From: a virus
Virus record (IMG/VR): IMGVR_UViG_3300029605_000149
Span: 7,564-71,563 of that record
Strand: one strand, 5' to 3'
DNA: 64,000 bases
A model generated the notes under the pieces. It made no database searches and was not told where the DNA came from. It saw only the letters and a list, made by a program, of their open reading frames with translations. How positions within the stretch are numbered: position 1 is the stretch's first letter; every line of letters starts with the position of its first letter. This document shows positions 29,288 to 38,862 of this stretch, one piece after another. A program made the position numbers and the translations under genes.

Positions 29288-31078
29288 TTACTCAATTTCA
29301 ATCAATCCCTTCGTAAACTTTTTAAGCAATCCATCAACAATAATTTCTTCTCGTTTTCTTGTTCGTTCACCTGCCGTTATTATACCATTCTTATATTGCA
29401 AATTCAACTCCGAAATTTCATCAGGAAATAGTCTGTCAAATAGAGCGTAATTGGGAGCAGCTTGTGTTTTTTCAGCAACATATATGATACCGTCAATACG
29501 AACCGCAACAAACATTTCTATATTATCTGTTGTCAAAAGTGTTCTCATGTCGGTTTCAGAAAAATACCCATCAGTATTATGATTATGTACAAAAGCAAAT
29601 TTCTGATTTGGATGTTCCTTGATAAATTTTCTAAATTCGTCAAATCCAACAGAAAAACTGTTTCCTTCCTCCGAATAAGCATATACTCCATTTGATAAAT
29701 CAACCAGTATCATATGCTCTAAACCATTTTTTGAACCTAATTCAGCAACTTTTTTACTCGCAGAAGATAATCCATCAATTATAGCTTGATCATATCCATC
29801 AATATTAATACGAAAACTTGCTTTGCTATTAAACTTCAAAACCCTGCCTGTATTTCTAATAGCACTATTTGCCGCCGCACTAATCTTTTGCTTTTTATTT
29901 CTCCACACCGCTTTTTGAGCCGTACTTCTGCCAAATCCGTAAGCCTGAGAGCGTGAATTATCTTTGAGTAATCCCGTCTTATTACAAAAGCTATTCAGTT
30001 CTGACTCCTGCCGTTTCAACTTGCTTGAATAGTGACTGAAATTTTTTTCTAACTTTTGTAATAGCTGTTCATCGGAAAGATTATTCAAAGCCTCATCACA
30101 AGCGGCAAGTGTTCTTTTTGTTGCCCTGATTTTGCGTTCGTAGGCTCTTTGCTGTTGTTCTGCCTCGTATAGCGTGTGCATTGAGCCGTCAGGGTATTCA
30201 ATTTTTTTAGCATTAAGTTCTTCAAGGTCTTTCTCCGAATACATTCGGGTACTGCCCTCAAAATACGGATACCAATCGTGGCGGCAGTTCCAGCCCTTAA
30301 AGCCGTCACCCGTGCCATAGCCGATATCAGACAAAGACAAGTAGCCTTTTTGACCGCTTAAACTCACAATTCGACCCTGCCAAGCGGCGTGGCTCGGTCT
30401 TGCTCCTGCGTGAGCGGTAATTTCCATAAGGTCACAGCCAAGCTCCTGTGCGTTTGCAAGGCATATCTGACCTGTGGTCTGTCCTATGCCTGTCATAACA
30501 TTGCGGCGAACCGCAACATCAAGCCTGTCACGGTGTCCCGAGGGGTAGATTACAAACGCTCCGTCTTGAGCAACCTGTCTGATTGCGTCGGCAATTGCCT
30601 GTTGCGGAGTAAACGCACCGCTTGACGCTTTTAATTCGGCAAGACTGCAAGCATTGATAAAGCTCGTTTGCGATGACACAGCTGTGGTCAGAGTAAGATT
30701 GCTAAGATTGCCCTGCGTTTTCTTAAAACCTGCCTCAAGTAATTGCATTTGTACATCAGACACCTTGAGTGACTTTGGATTCATACCGTTCTGACGGTAA
30801 ATTTCGTTATCATACTCCGTAGCGGTCACACCTGCATCTTCAAAAAGTTTTTTTAGTTCTGATTCTGTTTTGTCACTATACTTAGCGACACTTGACAGCA
30901 CTTCAGAGTGAAGAATGCCGAGCTCCTGCATATGCTGTGCCTGCCATATGCCCGTGTCGGTCATTGTACCCGTTTTGGCAATTCTTCGGGCAATGTCACG
31001 GACGATTTGTTCTTCAAGTTGCGAGTAAAGATTGATGATATTATCGGCACAATGGGCAAGCTGTTCGGGGGTGAGCAT
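29288..31078 (-). CDS. MuF-like (SPP1 gp7 family) head morphogenesis protein with 300-aa C-terminal extension
   Basis: KGWNCRHDWYPY motif typical of Mu F/gp7 family about residue 265. Confidence 0.8.
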   Translation of the reverse strand: MLTPEQLAHCADNIINLYSQLEEQIVRDIARRIAKTGTMTDTGIWQAQHMQELGILHSEVLSSVAKYSDKTESELKKLFEDAGVTATEYDNEIYRQNGMNPKSLKVSDVQMQLLEAGFKKTQGNLSNLTLTTAVSSQTSFINACSLAELKASSGAFTPQQAIADAIRQVAQDGAFVIYPSGHRDRLDVAVRRNVMTGIGQTTGQICLANAQELGCDLMEITAHAGARPSHAAWQGRIVSLSGQKGYLSLSDIGYGTGDGFKGWNCRHDWYPYFEGSTRMYSEKDLEELNAKKIEYPDGSMHTLYEAEQQQRAYERKIRATKRTLAACDEALNNLSDEQLLQKLEKNFSHYSSKLKRQESELNSFCNKTGLLKDNSRSQAYGFGRSTAQKAVWRNKKQKISAAANSAIRNTGRVLKFNSKASFRINIDGYDQAIIDGLSSASKKVAELGSKNGLEHMILVDLSNGVYAYSEEGNSFSVGFDEFRKFIKEHPNQKFAFVHNHNTDGYFSETDMRTLLTTDNIEMFVAVRIDGIIYVAEKTQAAPNYALFDRLFPDEISELNLQYKNGIITAGERTRKREEIIVDGLLKKFTKGLIEIE

Positions 31079-32496
31079 TAAGTGCCACCGCCTTCATCAA
31101 AAAAACTTTGTACACCGCTTTCGGGTAACATTTCTGCCGCCTGTTTATCATCAACTCCATACCGCCATTTGAGGTAGTCGGTCTTTTTGCGGATACCGCT
31201 GTTGACCTCATTGAGCTGTATAGCCTGCTCTTTGTCCTTATCTTCAAGCACGCCGTCGCCCCAATTAAAGCTAACTTCGTACTCTCCGCTTGGAGCAAGA
31301 TTACAGGCATCAGCCATAGCATTGCACGCATATATGTAGTCCTCAAGTACAGCCTCAAGCGAGTGCTGCATATCAGACACAGCTGTATAGCTACGCTGTT
31401 TTGATGCTTTGATTTCTTCCGCTGTCTTATCTACATTTTGTGGGTTTGACAATGTGCCGTAAGCAAGGGAGCAGTTAAACTCAATCTGTCTTTTTATTTC
31501 GTTTAGTCCATTTGAGTAGTTATCATCACGCAAAGTCGGGTTAAAAACTTCATAAAAAGACTTATCTTTGTTATCGTCTGCATCAATGTTAAATTTGCGA
31601 AACAATCTATCACGGGTTGACGGTGTTCCGAGCGTATCTTCGCCCGGTCGCTGTCGAAGAACTTCTTCGCCGGCATCAACTGCAAGCTCGCCGCCTTCAA
31701 ACTCCCACAAATATCTGTCCCACTGCAAGTCAGCCTCATTAAGCAGCTTAATTGCTCGGCTGTAAACAGACACACCTAAGGGACTGCCACTTTCGATGTT
31801 ATTAGCAAAAGGTACAGACCAAAAAGCAAATAAAGGACGGTCAACATCATTGATAACTATGTATGGGTCAATTCTCGACCACATATCGCTGTCAAGATTT
31901 TCAGGATTTATTTCCGCCCCGATGTTGTCGGGACTGGATGAAACAAAAAAGTGACTTTCGATTGTGTGTGATTTGTTTTCGTAGCTGTAAGTCTGCTTTT
32001 CAACTCTTGTGTAATAGTTCTTGCCTTTGACCTCTTGATTAAAAAACACGGCAGCGGTTATTATGCCGTTGCTGTAATTAAGAGGGATAAACTTGTCCTG
32101 CGTGATGCAATCGGGGAGGATTACACCATTACGAACATACGGTTTAAACATTATGCCGCCGACCGCACAACCTGCCTCAAGCCTTACTCTGAGCTGTTCA
32201 AGCAATCTTTCATACTGTTCTTGTAAATAATCCGCACGCTCTGAACCCGTTATTTCGCTCTCAAATTCAATCATAATTAACCGTGCAAATTCGGACGCTA
32301 TCGTTGCACCGAGGTTAAGTGTCTTGTTGTGGCAATCTTTGCTCCAAGACGGCTCATCGGCATATATTTCAAGCCATACTTCCATAGCCTCTTCCATATT
32401 ATCAAATTGATAATTGCTCGTAGCGTTTTCGGGGTCAAGTTTGTTTACAATACTCCTTAACCAACTTAAAAACACATATTTAGCACGCCTTTTCAA
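31078..32496 (-). CDS. portal protein
   Basis: 472 aa between TerL and MuF-like gene. Confidence 0.8.
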   Translation of the reverse strand: MKRRAKYVFLSWLRSIVNKLDPENATSNYQFDNMEEAMEVWLEIYADEPSWSKDCHNKTLNLGATIASEFARLIMIEFESEITGSERADYLQEQYERLLEQLRVRLEAGCAVGGIMFKPYVRNGVILPDCITQDKFIPLNYSNGIITAAVFFNQEVKGKNYYTRVEKQTYSYENKSHTIESHFFVSSSPDNIGAEINPENLDSDMWSRIDPYIVINDVDRPLFAFWSVPFANNIESGSPLGVSVYSRAIKLLNEADLQWDRYLWEFEGGELAVDAGEEVLRQRPGEDTLGTPSTRDRLFRKFNIDADDNKDKSFYEVFNPTLRDDNYSNGLNEIKRQIEFNCSLAYGTLSNPQNVDKTAEEIKASKQRSYTAVSDMQHSLEAVLEDYIYACNAMADACNLAPSGEYEVSFNWGDGVLEDKDKEQAIQLNEVNSGIRKKTDYLKWRYGVDDKQAAEMLPESGVQSFFDEGGGT

Positions 32497-32511
32497 CTGC
32501 TCACCTCCTTA

Positions 32512-33786
32512 TTATTTGTATTTAAACTCACGCTTTAGGACTGTATAAGCAAAATAGCGTATATCGTCCATTGCGTGGTCATTTTCTTTTACCACTTTAT
32601 CAACTTCGGCTTTTTCATCCCAGCGGTACATTCCGAACTCCTCTTGTGATGCCTTGCACTTAACGCCGATTTTAATTCTGCCGTCGGTCAGCATTTGGCT
32701 TGTAGTTCGGATACCGTTTATAACATCATTTTTCGCCGACTTAACAAAAAACTTGCCGTGTCTTTTGATCGTAGCTTTAAAGCTGGCGGCGGACGGGTCA
32801 ATTATCACACGCTCTATATAGCGGTCACCTGCGAGCTTATCAAGCTCTGCGTAATGCTCTTCATCGGTGCGTTGATAGCCTTCCTTGCGACTATTGTAGT
32901 AATATTCGTCAACTCTAATAGCTTCGTTGTCGGTCACACACCAAAGTCCCATTGAGCAAGGGTTAATAGTTCCATAGTCCATTGATATGTACCATGTGCC
33001 TACAAGCTCATCGGGATTGCCATCCCACAACTTATCCTTAATATGGTCATTGTAATCTTGGTAAACAAGACCCTCGGCAATAACCCACTCACCAAGGATA
33101 AAGCGGCGGTAAAATGTGCCTTGGTAAAGGCTGTAATACCGCTGTTTTACCTTGTCTGATAATGATAGGTTATCGTCCATTAAAAATTTAAGTCGCAAAG
33201 CGTGCTTTTCAGGAGCCTTTAAAACCCACTCACGATAAAACCAATGGTTAGGGTTATCGGGGTTGCAATTGAACCAAAACCTTGCACCCTCAACAGAGCA
33301 ACGGGCAAGAGCCTGCTCAACAAATGACCTCGGCATCAGAGCAACCTCATCGAAGAGGACGCCTGCAAGCGTAACGCCCTGAATTAAGTCCTGTGAGCTT
33401 TCGTCTTTACCGCCGAAAATGTAAAATGTGTTAGATTTGCCGTCTTTGCTGATTATCAGCAAGTTTTCCGACCGTTTATCCTTGATGTCATAGCGGTGTT
33501 TGAGCATATTGATGAGAGGCTTAATAACATTTCGCCTGCAAGAGCCTACGGTTTTGCCGCATATAGCAAAGTTACAGTCCGAGAACATCGCCATTGCCCA
33601 AAAGATAAAAGATATACTCATGCTTACAGTTTTTCCCGAACGAACAGATCCGTCTGCAATTATCGCATCATATTTATCCTTTATCCCGTCAACTTTCCAC
33701 CAGCTAAGTACTTTTAGCTGCTTTCTCGAAAAAGGCTTAAATTTCATCTTTAAAAGCCTCCTTGCCTGCACCTTCGAGTGCCTCAA
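32512..33786 (-). CDS. terminase large subunit
   Basis: Walker A ADGSVRSGKT near N-terminus, 424 aa. Confidence 0.85.
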   Translation of the reverse strand: MRHSKVQARRLLKMKFKPFSRKQLKVLSWWKVDGIKDKYDAIIADGSVRSGKTVSMSISFIFWAMAMFSDCNFAICGKTVGSCRRNVIKPLINMLKHRYDIKDKRSENLLIISKDGKSNTFYIFGGKDESSQDLIQGVTLAGVLFDEVALMPRSFVEQALARCSVEGARFWFNCNPDNPNHWFYREWVLKAPEKHALRLKFLMDDNLSLSDKVKQRYYSLYQGTFYRRFILGEWVIAEGLVYQDYNDHIKDKLWDGNPDELVGTWYISMDYGTINPCSMGLWCVTDNEAIRVDEYYYNSRKEGYQRTDEEHYAELDKLAGDRYIERVIIDPSAASFKATIKRHGKFFVKSAKNDVINGIRTTSQMLTDGRIKIGVKCKASQEEFGMYRWDEKAEVDKVVKENDHAMDDIRYFAYTVLKREFKYK

Positions 33787-34072
33787 TCAATCCGTCGTCA
33801 ACGGTTTCTACTGTTTCGGGCTTGAAGTAATCCGCATACAGCTTAACAGCCCGTGTGTCGCCGTTCTGACATTTTTTAATCAGTGCCTGCCGAATTGCCG
33901 TCAGCTCATCATTTTCATATTTTGCAATTAAAGCATTTAACTTTTTGCGAAATTCCCTTGATTTTACAACTCCATAGGACAGAGCAAGTGATTTTAAATC
34001 TTCAACAATGTTAAATTCCTGCTTTGTGTTTGTATCCTTGAGCAATTGTTCAAGTTGTGACAGCCTATTCAT
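33737..34072 (-). CDS. hypothetical protein
   Basis: 111-aa ORF. Confidence 0.4.
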   Translation of the reverse strand: MNRLSQLEQLLKDTNTKQEFNIVEDLKSLALSYGVVKSREFRKKLNALIAKYENDELTAIRQALIKKCQNGDTRAVKLYADYFKPETVETVDDGLIEALEGAGKEAFKDEI

Positions 34073-34320
34073 TTTGCACCTTCTTTCTTTTTTGCATAAA
34101 AATAAACACCCGTTAAAAGGTGTTTAAAAGCATTTTAATGTATATAAAAACAGCGGTTTGTGGTGTTAATTTTAATGTCAGCCATATGAACTAATTACTG
34201 GAGGGATTATCCATGAACGAACAAACCGCTGTTTTTAACTTGGGTATAGCTTCGCCATCCGCAACCTGAGGTTATCGGTGACTTCGCCGTATGTCAGCCG
34301 TTGCATCGGGCGGAGACGAA

Positions 34321-34830
34321 TCAATCCGCCGTCTGTTCGGGCATTTGTTCGGTAAACGATACTGTAAGCTCAGTCGGCTCACTTGCAAGGGTAATTTTGA
34401 CCGTTGCTTTCTTGTATCGTTTCTGTACTTTCACAATTTTATCTTTATTCTCAGCCAAAAATCCGCTGACTGTTTCGTAACCGTCATCAGTGAATTTAAG
34501 CACCGAGGGAGTTTTCAAAAGTTCGCTCAAAGTCAAAATAAACTCTGATTCTGTGTCCGTAAGAGGGATAGGGCTTGTGCCACCTCCGAGCAATCTAATA
34601 ATGTTCGGAATGCCCTTAAACACATAATATTTTGACCACTCGTAATCCATACGAACGAAAACATAGCCGTCAAAAAGTATATGCGGTTGGGTTATCCACT
34701 TGCCTTTTGAGCGTATCAGTTTGTTTTCAATCGGCACAATGGCATCATAACCACGATGTCGGAGCTGTTCCGCAACAGCATGTTCTTGTCCTGTGTTTAC
34801 ATACAAAACATACCACTTGATGTTCATCAT
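34321..34830 (-). CDS. NusG/RfaH-like transcription elongation factor paralog (NGN plus KOW-like)
   Basis: KWYVLYVNTGQEHAVAEQL...IVP...KGKWITQPHILFDGYVFVRMDY mirrors NusG/RfaH NGN motif; C-terminal VSGF...IVKV...KATVKITL resembles KOW. Confidence 0.75.
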   Translation of the reverse strand: MMNIKWYVLYVNTGQEHAVAEQLRHRGYDAIVPIENKLIRSKGKWITQPHILFDGYVFVRMDYEWSKYYVFKGIPNIIRLLGGGTSPIPLTDTESEFILTLSELLKTPSVLKFTDDGYETVSGFLAENKDKIVKVQKRYKKATVKITLASEPTELTVSFTEQMPEQTAD

Positions 34831-35381
34831 CCTTGCTCCTTTGCTTTGAGCTTGTTGATTTCATCCATAAGCTCGTTGTAGAGCCGTGGGTTACTTTTCT
34901 TGATAGTGTCATAAAGCAGGCTCTGATTTTCCTCGAGGGCAAGACGCTTGTCTGACTTGACATCCGTGTCGGTCTTACGCTTGTATGTTACTGCTCTCGC
35001 AAGGGCAGTAGCCTGTCTTAAAAGGTCTTCGGCAGACACTTTATCGAATTGTCCTTCGTCAAGTTTTGATATGGCATCAAAAACCTTTTGTGATGCCATT
35101 CTCAAAATAGCCTCTGCAGGGTCAATTTCAGGATAACGCTCGGTTTCGGTGAGTATCATTCTGAAATTTTCCTGTGCGATTCGTAACTGCTGAGCGTTCG
35201 CCAAAAACCTTGATGCGTAACGGCTAACTGCTGCCTGTGACAGCTGTTCGCCGTTATCAGCAAGGTATGACACAATTTCACGATAGGTCTGTCCGCTGAC
35301 AAGCATCTGATCTACGGTGTCCTTGAGGTCAGGAGGCAATTTGTCGATTTTTCCGCAAGCTCTGCGGTTGTTTCTGCCCAT
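34827..35381 (-). CDS. Mu gp27-like (DUF3486) putative terminase small subunit
   Basis: N-terminus MGRNNRRACGKIDKLPPDLKDTVDQMLVSGQTYREIVSYL matches the gp27 family opening. Confidence 0.6.
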   Translation of the reverse strand: MGRNNRRACGKIDKLPPDLKDTVDQMLVSGQTYREIVSYLADNGEQLSQAAVSRYASRFLANAQQLRIAQENFRMILTETERYPEIDPAEAILRMASQKVFDAISKLDEGQFDKVSAEDLLRQATALARAVTYKRKTDTDVKSDKRLALEENQSLLYDTIKKSNPRLYNELMDEINKLKAKEQG

Positions 35382-35383
35382 AG

Positions 35384-35716
35384 CTAAACCTCAATCGAGT
35401 TATCGGTAACAGAACCTTCGAGGAGCTTAATGCCCTTTGATGAGAGTTTTGCCTCAAGTTCTTCATACGGAACATCTGCGATGTCGGCAGGTTCTTTTGT
35501 TTTGATATGACGGAGCAAAATGTATTCCGACAAAAAGAGGTAATTAACCGATGACAAAAAGTCATGCTCCGAAACATTCCCGATTGCGTACTTAACATCG
35601 GACAGTTTTTCATAATTCACATGAAGTATGTTAATAGTTCTCAAAATCTGTCCGTTGTTCTGAACAAAGTTTCTTGCCTTGATTTTCTGCATATATGCCT
35701 CAGCATCGTTAGTCAT
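35384..35716 (-). CDS. hypothetical protein
   Basis: 110-aa ORF. Confidence 0.4.
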   Translation of the reverse strand: MTNDAEAYMQKIKARNFVQNNGQILRTINILHVNYEKLSDVKYAIGNVSEHDFLSSVNYLFLSEYILLRHIKTKEPADIADVPYEELEAKLSSKGIKLLEGSVTDNSIEV

Positions 35717-36050
35717 TATTATTACCTCCTCTTAAAAGCTCCAAAATGAGCTTGTTTTGTGTCTTTATTTCGTCCTTAACTTCGTTGATAGAGTTGTAGT
35801 AATCTTTTTTGGTCAAACAGTTTTCCTTTATTTGCTCAACATCAGTTTGCAACTTACCGATAGATTTGTTGACATCGGTTTTAATATCTTTTAATTCATC
35901 TTTCGTAACATATGACAGCTGAATTTCTTTGATTTCCTTGTCGTGTCTATCCGCTTCGTTAATTGTCCTTTTAAGAAAAAAACTGATAATAGCAATAGCT
36001 CCCGAAATGATAAGACCGAAGAGCCACCAAGTGTCTGACGCAAAGTTCAT
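35709..36050 (-). CDS. membrane-anchored coiled-coil protein (likely starts at internal Met, MNFASD)
   Basis: RBS GGAG 9 nt before ATG at 36050; the upstream ATG of the ORF-track call (36080) lies inside a hairpin. Confidence 0.4.
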   Translation of the reverse strand: MNFASDTWWLFGLIISGAIAIISFFLKRTINEADRHDKEIKEIQLSYVTKDELKDIKTDVNKSIGKLQTDVEQIKENCLTKKDYYNSINEVKDEIKTQNKLILELLRGGNNND

Positions 36051-36070
36051 AAAAACTACTCCAAAAAAAT

Positions 36071-36105
36071 AAGGTATCATTAAGTCTGTAACTTAATAAT
36101 ACCTT
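36071..36105 (-). promoter_or_regulatory. 15-bp dyad (AAGGTATCATTAAGT N5 ACTTAATAATACCTT), then T7 on minus strand: intrinsic terminator or Mor-type activator site
   Basis: Read in sequence directly downstream of Mor-like gene stop and upstream of the next RBS. Confidence 0.5.
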
Positions 36106-36154
36106 ATAAAACCGTACTCCCGTAGAGGAAGAATATCCTATTTTTTCTTCATTG

Positions 36155-36490
36155 TTATATATCATCAAAAATACTTAACTGACCGTCAAGATTACCGTTT
36201 GAGCATATGATTCTCACATACCTTTCAGACAAATCATACTCTCTTGCGAGCTGACTGCTGTTGTATCCATTGTACTTCGCCTTGATTTCAGCATTGCGTT
36301 CAAGTTTTTGTAACTCGCTGTATTTTTGGATATATATTGTATCTCCACCAAATGTTTGACAGAGTTTAATATAGCTTTCAATTCCTATTATCTCCGCTAT
36401 ATCCCTTTGAGTGCCTACCAAATCATCAAGATTTATTTTCACCAGCCTTCCTCCTTTGAGCACTGTCAATGTACTTTTTAAGTTTTTCAA
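36155..36490 (-). CDS. mor: Mor-family middle transcription activator
   Basis: CQTFGGDTIYIQK...RNAEIKAKYNGYNSSQLAREYDLSERYVRIIC matches Mor/C family C-terminal HTH. Confidence 0.75.
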   Translation of the reverse strand: MKNLKSTLTVLKGGRLVKINLDDLVGTQRDIAEIIGIESYIKLCQTFGGDTIYIQKYSELQKLERNAEIKAKYNGYNSSQLAREYDLSERYVRIICSNGNLDGQLSIFDDI

Positions 36491-36938
36491 TCAAGGTTAT
36501 GCCCTGATTATATGTCAGCCACCTAAAAGGCTGCTTTGATGTACAGTCAATTTTTAACTCTTTCTTTATAATACCGCAGAGTCTGTCGCCGAGTTTAGCT
36601 GTGGTAGGCTCGGTATCGTATTTTTCAAGCTGGTACATCAACTGCCACACTTTGCGTTTCTGACCGTCTGACATTTTTCCTCTGCCGCTGTCCTCGTATC
36701 TTTTCTTCTTATACGGTTTCGGCGGCTCTGTGAGGCTCTGCAATTTCAGCCTTTCGGCAAGTTCTGCGACAACTGTTCGGTATTCGTTTTCATCAAGAGT
36801 GCGTATGCTCTCCTTTTGAGTAAGGCGATAAACAATCGTGTGCAGCATATCGTTTTTGTTGCCCGATTCCAACACACCGAGCCGTGCAGCCATTGCGTAT
36901 ATTCTTTGTGTCTGCTGTGGCTTTAACAAATCAATCAC
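36426..36938 (-). CDS. possible GemA-like (Mu gp16) regulatory protein
   Basis: 170 aa; position before mor as in Mu; weak family resemblance only. Confidence 0.35.
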   Translation of the reverse strand: MIDLLKPQQTQRIYAMAARLGVLESGNKNDMLHTIVYRLTQKESIRTLDENEYRTVVAELAERLKLQSLTEPPKPYKKKRYEDSGRGKMSDGQKRKVWQLMYQLEKYDTEPTTAKLGDRLCGIIKKELKIDCTSKQPFRWLTYNQGITLIEKLKKYIDSAQRRKAGENKS

Positions 36939-36939
36939 C

Positions 36940-37641
36940 TCAGCTTAAAGATATCTTTGTGCTGTCCTCAACCACAAAACTGCTCTGTATCTTCATTAGG
37001 ATATCGTCAATATGGCTTTCATCCATTCCGTTAACGGTGAGCAGATTTTTAAAATCCTGCCATACTGCCGCCTCCGAAATAAGGTAAGCATACTCTCTGG
37101 CATCATCTTCCGAGATGTTTGTAAACTTCAAAATGTTGTTTACATCCTTATCGTAGTTAATGCCCTTGCATTTCTTAACAAGCTGTTTGCGTTCGTCATC
37201 AGACACGCCGTTCATCTGTTCAATAACCTCTTTGACGGTGCATCTTACAAAATTGCCTTTCCACAAACCGATGAGCATTCTTTTTGCCGGAGCAGAGAGG
37301 GAGTATTCTGTCTTTTCCGTGACTGCATCTTTGTACGCTTTGCCAAAAATTGAGAGCAAAAATGAGTTGTATGTAATTTTGAGAGATTCCGAAGTTACCG
37401 CTGTAAGCTCTGATTCTGTGCCTTCGTAATGGATGCTTTTGTACTTTGTGTTTTCAAGATCTGCCGAACACTGCATAACAATTTCTGCCTCAAGTTTATC
37501 CTTGCGTGCCTTGAGCTTGCTCATATCTGCTTTAATGCCTGCAAGCTCATCAATCTGCTTTTTTAAATCAGTCATCTGTTTTATCCACCTTTGCAAGTAA
37601 TTTTTCGGCACATTTGCGGCAGATGATAACATTATCTGCAA
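36940..37641 (-). CDS. hypothetical early protein with N-terminal coiled coil
   Basis: 233-aa ORF. Confidence 0.4.
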   Translation of the reverse strand: MQIMLSSAANVPKNYLQRWIKQMTDLKKQIDELAGIKADMSKLKARKDKLEAEIVMQCSADLENTKYKSIHYEGTESELTAVTSESLKITYNSFLLSIFGKAYKDAVTEKTEYSLSAPAKRMLIGLWKGNFVRCTVKEVIEQMNGVSDDERKQLVKKCKGINYDKDVNNILKFTNISEDDAREYAYLISEAAVWQDFKNLLTVNGMDESHIDDILMKIQSSFVVEDSTKISLS

Positions 37642-37945
37642 TGATTACATTTTCAACTGTACCGCAAAAGCGACAACAGGGAGCGGACGGTTTAATTGTA
37701 ACAGTGCCGTCTGTACTTGTTTCAATGTCAACAGCATTGCCCGGAAACAATCCTGCTTCGCCTCTTATCTGCTTTGGCAGAGTAATAGAGCCGTTTTTAC
37801 AAATTCTCTTTGATGTTTTCATAATTGACCTCCTGTTCAATATATATTGCTTAACATTGCCTATCCTCACTCTGCATTTACACGGACTTGTGACCGTTCC
37901 CGTTGGCGGAAGTTGCATTAAGGTGAGCGGATTATCTCCGCTCAT
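37568..37945 (-). CDS. AbrB/SpoVT-like DNA-binding domain fused to C-terminal zinc ribbon
   Basis: KNGSITLPKQIRGEAGLFPGNAVDIE AbrB-like looped-hinge motif; CCRFCG...CRKC Cys pairs. Confidence 0.45.
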   Translation of the reverse strand: MSGDNPLTLMQLPPTGTVTSPCKCRVRIGNVKQYILNRRSIMKTSKRICKNGSITLPKQIRGEAGLFPGNAVDIETSTDGTVTIKPSAPCCRFCGTVENVIIADNVIICRKCAEKLLAKVDKTDD

Positions 37946-38228
37946 TAACCTCTTTTATTGCACATATAAAGCCTTCTAAAGTTCTATCTGCAAAAGTTTT
38001 GCCCATATTTTTTTCGAGTTTTTTTATAACATCAATTGTTAATGTCCCTATTTTTCCAAGAATATCGATAGCATTTCCTGTTACAACAGAGTCGGTTGTT
38101 TTGTCAGAATTTTCAACCGAAATTATTACTACCTTTTTTTCACAAACAGCGGTTTTGGCTTTTTTAGCAAACGAATCTATTATCGCACCACTCAATTCAT
38201 TTCCGAATTCAACTGTGTAATCTTCCAT
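37932..38228 (-). CDS. hypothetical protein
   Basis: 98-aa ORF. Confidence 0.35.
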   Translation of the reverse strand: MEDYTVEFGNELSGAIIDSFAKKAKTAVCEKKVVIISVENSDKTTDSVVTGNAIDILGKIGTLTIDVIKKLEKNMGKTFADRTLEGFICAIKEVNERR

Positions 38229-38245
38229 TTTTATCCCTCCGAAAT

Positions 38246-38632
38246 TTAATATAGTTCAATACTTTTGTTATTAGCAATAAAATGTTTTTTCATTTTCTCA
38301 AAGTTTGTCCAATATGGTAAATACACATCATAGCCAAACTTCTCTTTGAGTTCCTGCTTAGCTTTCTTGCTACGAGCTCCGTAAAGTTTGCAATCTTTTT
38401 CGGTAACTACCGACTGTCTCTTACAGCAACAAAATCTCCTGCGTTCTTCGCAGTCCTCCATAAGCCACTTGCCACGAAATTCATCGTTGATATAAACTAC
38501 GATAGCATTTTGAAATCGTGATTTTTGAGTGAGGTTCAGAGATACTTTATATCCGTCAATTTTGAGATGTACATACGGACTCCATACAGAAGTAAGGGCT
38601 TCGTCAACCTTTTTCCACTCTTCTGCGGTCAT
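38246..38632 (-). CDS. hypothetical protein
   Basis: 128-aa ORF. Confidence 0.35.
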   Translation of the reverse strand: MTAEEWKKVDEALTSVWSPYVHLKIDGYKVSLNLTQKSRFQNAIVVYINDEFRGKWLMEDCEERRRFCCCKRQSVVTEKDCKLYGARSKKAKQELKEKFGYDVYLPYWTNFEKMKKHFIANNKSIELY

Positions 38633-38840
38633 TGTTACCCCTCCTTTTACTCTTTTTTACCTTTCGGCTTTCGCCACGGATCATCCAACCGACCCATACA
38701 AGCAGGAGCACCATAGGCACAAAGCAAATTTCTCCGCCTGCTGTAAAGCTCCTTGTACCCATTTGACCGAATGCGGCGGTCATTACTACTCCCGTGCTGA
38801 ACCCTGCGGCGAGCAGTAACACGATTTTTCTTAACGACAT
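38604..38840 (-). CDS. small membrane protein with basic C-terminus
   Basis: 78 aa, two TM helices. Confidence 0.35.
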   Translation of the reverse strand: MSLRKIVLLLAAGFSTGVVMTAAFGQMGTRSFTAGGEICFVPMVLLLVWVGWMIRGESRKVKKSKRRGNNDRRRVEKG

Positions 38841-38862
38841 TTAAAATCCCTCCGAATATTAT

